From NCBI GenBank assembly GCA_002269645.1, contig NIVC01000055.1:249835-279600 (forward strand): 29,766 nucleotides of DNA, in the 5' to 3' direction. Below the pieces are notes generated by a model, which had not been told where the DNA came from, did not search any database, and saw nothing but the letters and a program-made list of their open reading frames with translations. The DNA comes from Macrostomum lignano (taxonomy: Eukaryota). The position numbers and the translations under genes are program-made. Positions 26,201-29,766 of this stretch are shown in pieces. How positions within the stretch are numbered: the stretch's first letter is position 1; each line of letters begins with the position of its first letter.

Positions 26201-27559
26201 TGAAAGTTCTGAATCGAACTAAAATTGCGAAAATAGGGTAGTTTTTCAACTATCAGCTCATTGCTTTGATATTACTTATACTATTTACCACTTATACTAA
26301 TACGTATACTTATCCTACTTATCCAAGCTTTTTTTCAGTATAGGAAGCCTTCATTAAATACATGCAGACAGTAGCCAACGTTAACAACGTTACTCACCCA
26401 AAGATTCCTCAAGCGTGTAGGTTAGGTTGAATCCCCTCTTTGCGACGCTACTATCTGTCTTAAATCGAATTAGCACAGGAGCAATGAGCACAAGCGCTTG
26501 GGATGTAGCGTTATTCGGATTGATTCGGAATTTCGGATTCCTGCGATACGATACTTCGAGGTCGTCCGTACCCTCGAAAATCTCCAAGCGGTCATATGGG
26601 GTCTCCAGTTCCGCAAAGTGGAATCGGATGGCTACAGCCTTCGGCCCGCGAATGGTCCAGTTGTAGACTTTGAGTTCTCATAGACGGCGCCGGGCTGCCC
26701 AAAGTTTTCCGGACATTGAATTGTGCCAGTGTCGGCCGGGACTGAAACTGTGGATCAGGGACCACATCAGCACTTGGATGAACATAGCTGAGCTGACAGA
26801 ACTGCTTTAATTGCAAAACAGTCTAGAACTTTGATGGGTCTGTAAACTTTGATTGACTCATCTTGACTGTCAGTCAACACTTCAACTGCTAAAAATTTAC
26901 TGCTGGTCCTAACCTATTATTGAAGTAAATCATCGGCAGAGAAACGTCAGGAACCAAATTCTGACTGTTCTTGATGATGGCAACACAATACATATATTCC
27001 CTTGATAGCTTCTGATTATAGATTTCTTAACACTGATTTAAACTTTTTAACATTCATTTCGATGCGGGCTCGTGTTTGAATGTAACCAATATTACGTGAG
27101 TTCAAATCATCATTGTTGTCTGGACTTTAAGGCCCGGACTGATTATACTGAATATTACCGATTTTTCGCGGCAGACACAATAACTTGCTGTCTTGAACGC
27201 AGACAAATCTGTAGTACATCCACTTGTACTACAGATAGCTGATGTTGAATAAAAGTGTCAAATACAGTCATCAATGATCTTAAAAATGACTGTGCAATGT
27301 TCATCCGAACTCTTGACTAAAAATCGTGGAACAAATGAAGAGCTAAAAAAATCGAGGGCAATAGAACATCCACAATCACATTGCGGTCAGTCAGTCAGTC
27401 GCAAATCTGACTTGATCAGAGGCTGCAGTTCTCAGTCCATAGCATTAGGATGTTGAAATATTGGCGTCAACAATCAGACTCACCCGCTACAGCAGAGCCG
27501 GTTTCAAATGCCAAGAGGCTGCCTAGAAAGGCGGTGAGTAGCAGTTGCAGCAAATCCAT
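13919..27559 (-). CDS. Multi-exon gene for a large secreted multi-CUB-domain glycoprotein (signal exon plus 23 CUB-like exons, ~2,680 aa; terminal exon unresolved)
   Basis: Every exon is bounded by AG and GT in phase 1. Each repeats the CUB scaffold SG.I..P...Y....Y.W.I...D.L.(I/L)YE...GPVLIRF.TD....GF.L.Y. Nineteen CUB exons have lengths divisible by 3 and four are 1 nt short. No EGF repeats are seen, so it is not called cubilin. Confidence 0.88.
14726..15082 (-). CDS. CUB exon 22 (type F3)
   Basis: aaacag|TT...G|gtgagc, 357 nt (alternative in-frame AG at 15076); MEYKWLI...LTGPLLIRVKT. Confidence 0.85.
15152..15502 (-). CDS. CUB exon 21 (type E3)
   Basis: tttcag|TG...G|gtaatt, 351 nt; DSGSFSCPEE...MEYRWTINRR...GPVLIRFSTD. 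Confidence 0.9.
15620..15973 (-). CDS. CUB-like exon 20 (type D3, divergent)
   Basis: ctttcag|AG...G|gtgaga, 354 nt; EVIRGSRG...KWIVAP...FDYQIRSG, paralogous to exons 13 and 5. Confidence 0.72.
16204..16533 (-). CDS. CUB exon 19 (type C3)
   Basis: tttcag|TT...G|gtaatt, 330 nt; EGEISY...DHRWII...SEFRLSGPVLLRF. Confidence 0.88.
16670..17014 (-). CDS. CUB exon 18 (type B3)
   Basis: ttccag|AA...G|gtgagt, 345 nt; RAWSIAV...LSESPIFSQTGLLGERKTLRASGFVTVVL. Confidence 0.88.
17840..18184 (-). CDS. CUB exon 17 (type A3)
   Basis: ttttag|TA...G|gtaaaa, 345 nt; DYRWLIDRQG...FRLRGPVLVQV. Confidence 0.85.
18353..18675 (-). CDS. CUB exon 16 (type G2), 1-nt deletion near 18388-18390
   Basis: tttcag|TC...A|gtaagt, 323 nt. 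Adding one G gives GRGFNLSYSALDSR and restores phase 1. Confidence 0.82.
18838..19185 (-). CDS. CUB exon 15 (type F2)
   Basis: ttttag|TT...G|gtgagt, 348 nt; DSGSIRCP...MDYRWYI...FKTDHQNASRGF. Confidence 0.9.
19331..19680 (-). CDS. CUB exon 14 (type E2), 1-nt deletion at 19623/19624
   Basis: tttcag|TG...C|gtgagc, 350 nt. DSGSLRCPEESS then shifts frame into TYANEMEYRWTI. Confidence 0.82.
19748..20134 (-). CDS. CUB-like exon 13 (type D2, divergent)
   Basis: ttgcag|TG...G|gtgagc, 387 nt; EVVKSSRG...VWVIAPKP...FDYQIRNG. Confidence 0.8.
20226..20563 (-). CDS. CUB exon 12 (type C2), 1 nt short, or carrying an in-frame TGA at 20229-20231
   Basis: ttaaag|TT start; 338 nt to the gtaagc donor; SGEIRFP...DYSWII...SEFWLRGSVLIRI. 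Confidence 0.75.
20669..21025 (-). CDS. CUB exon 11 (type B2)
   Basis: ctgcag|AT...G|gtaatt, 357 nt; core almost identical to exon 18. Confidence 0.88.
21107..21490 (-). CDS. CUB exon 10 (type A2)
   Basis: ttttag|TA...A|gtgagg, 384 nt; EIDRRWVV...GCDKLELHE...FKLRGPAVVRL. Confidence 0.8.
21587..21901 (-). CDS. CUB exon 9 (type X2)
   Basis: tttcag|GT...G|gtatgc, 315 nt; DSGEV...NYIWKI...EISDCCDKIQLW. Confidence 0.88.
22124..22453 (-). CDS. CUB exon 8 (type G1)
   Basis: tttcag|TG...A|gtaaga, 330 nt; DSGNLSYPENYG...YDNNVDYEWSI...DTESNYDWIGLY...FKTDGSGNRDGF. Confidence 0.92.
22597..22935 (-). CDS. CUB exon 7 (type F1)
   Basis: ttgcag|TA...T|gtaagc, 339 nt; DSGNIFCP...MDYRWTI...GPVLIRFRT. Confidence 0.9.
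23193..23983. repeat. Intronic 61-bp minisatellite, 12 full units plus one degenerate unit
   Basis: Unit GATAAGAATCGGCAATT(T/C)GAT(A/G)AGACCCTAAAGTCACAACTCAATGAAATGAACAT(A/G)CTGA, starting exactly every 61 nt from 23193 to 23925. No spacers. Confidence 0.97.
23990..24334 (-). CDS. CUB exon 6 (type E1)
   Basis: ttttcag|CT...T|gtaagt, 345 nt; DSGSIRCP...MEYRWTINR...FVGQGFNLSY. Confidence 0.9.
24507..24830 (-). CDS. CUB-like exon 5 (type D1, divergent)
   Basis: ctgcag|AT...G|gtaatg, 324 nt; ELIDSYRGSR...AWVIAAKP...YNGPLTVVY. Confidence 0.72.
24922..25248 (-). CDS. CUB exon 4 (type C1), absent from the ORF track
   Basis: cattaag|CT...A|gtgagt, 327 nt, open throughout; SGQIGFP...DIDYRWFI...KLYIYENTTS...SEFRLSGPVMIRL...DFRLSY. 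Confidence 0.88.
25449..25841 (-). CDS. CUB exon 3 (type B1)
   Basis: ttcttag|AC...A|gtaaga, 393 nt; RAWSIAV...LSESPIFSQTGLLGERKT. Confidence 0.82.
25895..26218 (-). CDS. CUB exon 2 (type A1)
   Basis: ttttag|TT...G|gtaatt, 324 nt; EYRWLIDRPG...FRLFGPVLVLV. Confidence 0.85.
26398..26747 (-). CDS. CUB exon 1 (type X1), 1-nt deletion near 26669-26671
   Basis: ccacag|TT...G|gtgagt, 350 nt. DTGTIQCPENFG...YENSK then shifts frame into VYNWTI...ETPYDRLEIFEG...FKTDSSVAKRGF. Confidence 0.82.
27484..27559 (-). CDS. First coding exon of the CUB gene: signal peptide
   Basis: ATG in gcaaATGG context; MDLLQLLLTAFLGSLLAFETGSAVA; 76 nt (3n+1) ending at a GTGAGT donor in phase 1, matching the CUB exons. 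Too short for the ORF track. Confidence 0.85.
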
Positions 27560-27618
27560 TTGCTGGTTGCTGCACAAGAATTTCTTAGGGCTCCGGTGCT
27601 GCAGCTTGACCAGCATAA

Positions 27619-27626
27619 TATTTATA
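27619..27626 (-). promoter_or_regulatory. Candidate TATA box of the CUB gene
   Basis: TATAAATT on the - strand, about 60 nt upstream of the signal-peptide ATG. Confidence 0.55.
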
Positions 27627-29766
27627 AACTTTTAAAGCCCAGGGACCTCGTGAAGCTCCGGAAATTCCATAGCCATGTTTACGTGTGTTTTCAGCTTTTT
27701 GTGAGCCCTGGACACACCTCGGGTTGTACTCGTAGCAGGGGTAGGCCATCTCGGTGCGATCTTAATGATAAAATATGCCAAAATCACGCGTGTTGAATGC
27801 AAAAGCTGCGGCGATGAAAAGCTTTCATTAGACTGCATCGCGACTTTTGTGTTGGCGAAGTAACTTTGTATTGCACCCCCGGTGACCCTTTGATTGTAGA
27901 GCCATGGTTTGACCCCTCATATAAATGAACAAGCATCGATTGTGAAAATGGCAAATATGGAATAACACTATCATTTATAGACAGTATCACATATCAGTGA
28001 CAGAATCGCTCCGGTAGTTATGATTTGTAACTGGTACTGCTGCTATCTTGAAATATTTGCAGTAGGGTTGTGGCCCAAAAATCGGAATGTGGCCCAACAA
28101 TTGGTTTGCTTCCGTTCAATACATAATTTATGTCAAATTAAATTAAGCACGTCAAATTTTTTATTGTTTTTTGTCAGTCAGTGATACTTTGTCAATGAAA
28201 ATTTAAAAAATTCATAATTCGAGAAACAACTATTAACTGTTGGCTACGCTAAAAAACAAAAACGAAAGTTGGCTGCAGCTGTGAGTCAGAGACAGGTGTG
28301 GATACGGAGTTTAAAATACATAATTCTATGGGAATTCATACAATTCGCGAATTCCCGAAAATCACGTTCCAGAATTCCGTCTTGAACCCGATCCCGAAAA
28401 AGTCGACTGCCTGCTGACTGATGCCGGCGCCCTGGACACTGCCGGCGGTGCGTCCTACGTTTGCACCCAGGCCCTGAAACGCGTCCTGTGACATTGTCTC
28501 CGCTTGACTGGCTGACAACGTATTTTGTTTTTATTTTTGTCATGAGCAATAGTTTCGTTAATTAGTAAAAAAAAGATAAGATGAATTCCGAAATCTGTAC
28601 TTACATGTAAAACTGGTCTGAGAAAAAGCATAACCATTCCAGATAGCTATGTTTAGACCTCCATGAATGAACAACGCTGATGGCCTGATTAAATCCAAGT
28701 TCGAAAGGGTTAACTAATTATTAACCCTAACAAATTGCATTAAAATGGCCAGTGATTTATCAGTTTAAGCGGGGCCAGCGCCCGAGCCCTAATCTAGAGT
28801 GGCCATCTGTCTTTCAGGTGAGGTAGGTGAGGTTGGCGATTTTTTTACCTTTTGGCGTACCGAAAATTGTTAAATATTTGTCAACAGGAAACACGGCCCT
28901 TGTCTACCATCAAAAGGAGCATTTGAAATTGCGGTCAAGTAAGCAAAATCCTCTAGAATCCAGCGATTGGCAGAGCTCCACTACTTTTATCAGATGATAA
29001 TTTGACATAAATATTTAAGGCAAACAATTTCAACGGAAGCTTGTTCTGGAAAGAAAAAGTAAGAAGATGGGAGAGGTGAAGATGACTTTGCAGATTAAGC
29101 ACAAATGTTAAGCTTAGCTTCTGATTACGAAGTAATATATTGGTCTCGTGGACCCGGCGGTTTAGGCTACTGGTTCATTATAATTATTCTTTAGAATTTA
29201 AACTGGTTTGATTTTGGTAGGTTGCTGCCACTAGGTTTCGTGATACTACGCCCTAATCCTAGAATTTAGCTATTAAAGAAGTGAGACAGGACACCAATAT
29301 AGAATTTAATTTTTCAAGCAAAATATAATAAAATTTCAGCATACAAAAGGTGTTCTGCATTAAATTTTCTTGCATGTGGTTTGGGCAAGACTCCCAGTTT
29401 AGTCGAGGCAAGACTCTTCTTGTTCGATATTAGCTATTTGTCTATGTTGGTCCCTTATTTTTTCCTTACCTTAATGCCTTAATGCCAATAAACAGATTCC
29501 TGCTTATTGTGTCTTGGCTGTCATCACTGGTAGATTATATAGTATGTATCACTGGTCATCGCTGATTATTTATCCATTGCTATGCACTTTTGGTGACAAT
29601 AACACGCGCGTGTATGCGTGTTATGTCATTTTGGACATTAACACGCAACGGCAATTTAAACATTAAAAAAGGGTAAATTTTATTTTTTTATGTTAGAAAA
29701 ACATCAAAAACTGTTCAACAAAGAAATCGTATGTTAATCAGTTTATACCAGGCCTACACAGAAACG

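Noticed and set aside
13902-26587. Treating each 100-290 aa ORF-track entry as an independent intronless gene
   Set aside because: ORF ends run into AT-rich intron sequence, and each CUB core is bounded by AG/GT sites in one consistent phase.
26743-26785. MFIQVLMWSLIHSFS as the signal peptide of the CUB gene
   Set aside because: It needs two compensating indels to reach the CUB frame. The exon at 27484-27559 is a much better signal peptide, with a phase-1 donor and an upstream TATA box.
13919-27559. Naming the gene cubilin (CUBN), tolloid/BMP1 or CSMD
   Set aside because: No EGF, astacin, sushi or transmembrane domains are seen, and the cysteine pattern is non-canonical.
28770-28800. Helitron 3' end (GC-rich hairpin followed by CTAG)
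   Set aside because: The stem is imperfect, CTAG is followed by A rather than T, and no matching 5' TC end or Rep/helicase sequence was found.
29594-29628. Hairpin TGACAATAACACGC / GCGTGTTATGTCA as a terminator or element end
   Set aside because: It is an isolated ~13-bp stem in non-coding DNA with no associated gene, CTRR end or partner repeat.

Overview
Eukaryotic (animal, probably invertebrate) genomic window with two parts. (1) Positions 1-~12175 are a nest of three Ty3/gypsy LTR retrotransposons. A decayed Mag-like element (A, + strand, 5' end outside the window) has been hit by two later insertions. The first is an intact 4.2-kb Mag-like element (B, - strand, 626-4852, TSD AGAGC, one 1241-aa gag-pol ORF). 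The second is a 4.8-kb Gmr1-like element (C, + strand, 6238-11005, TSD CACGG) with a SCAN-like capsid and the inverted PR-IN-RT-RH domain order. (2) Positions ~13900-27630 hold one large - strand gene that the ORF track shows only as fragments. It has a TATA box, a signal-peptide exon (27484-27559, MDLLQLLLTAFLGSLLAFETGSAVA) and 23 consecutive exons that each encode one CUB-like domain; every exon is phase 1-1, giving about 2,680 aa. The CUB exons form an 8+8+7 super-repeat. Two exon-internal tracts are about 99% identical between modules while their flanks have diverged, and four exons are each 1 nt short of in-frame. Several minisatellites are present (17, 20, 24 and 61 bp units). No rRNA, tRNA or CRISPR array is supported. 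All calls come from manual reading; no database searches were run.
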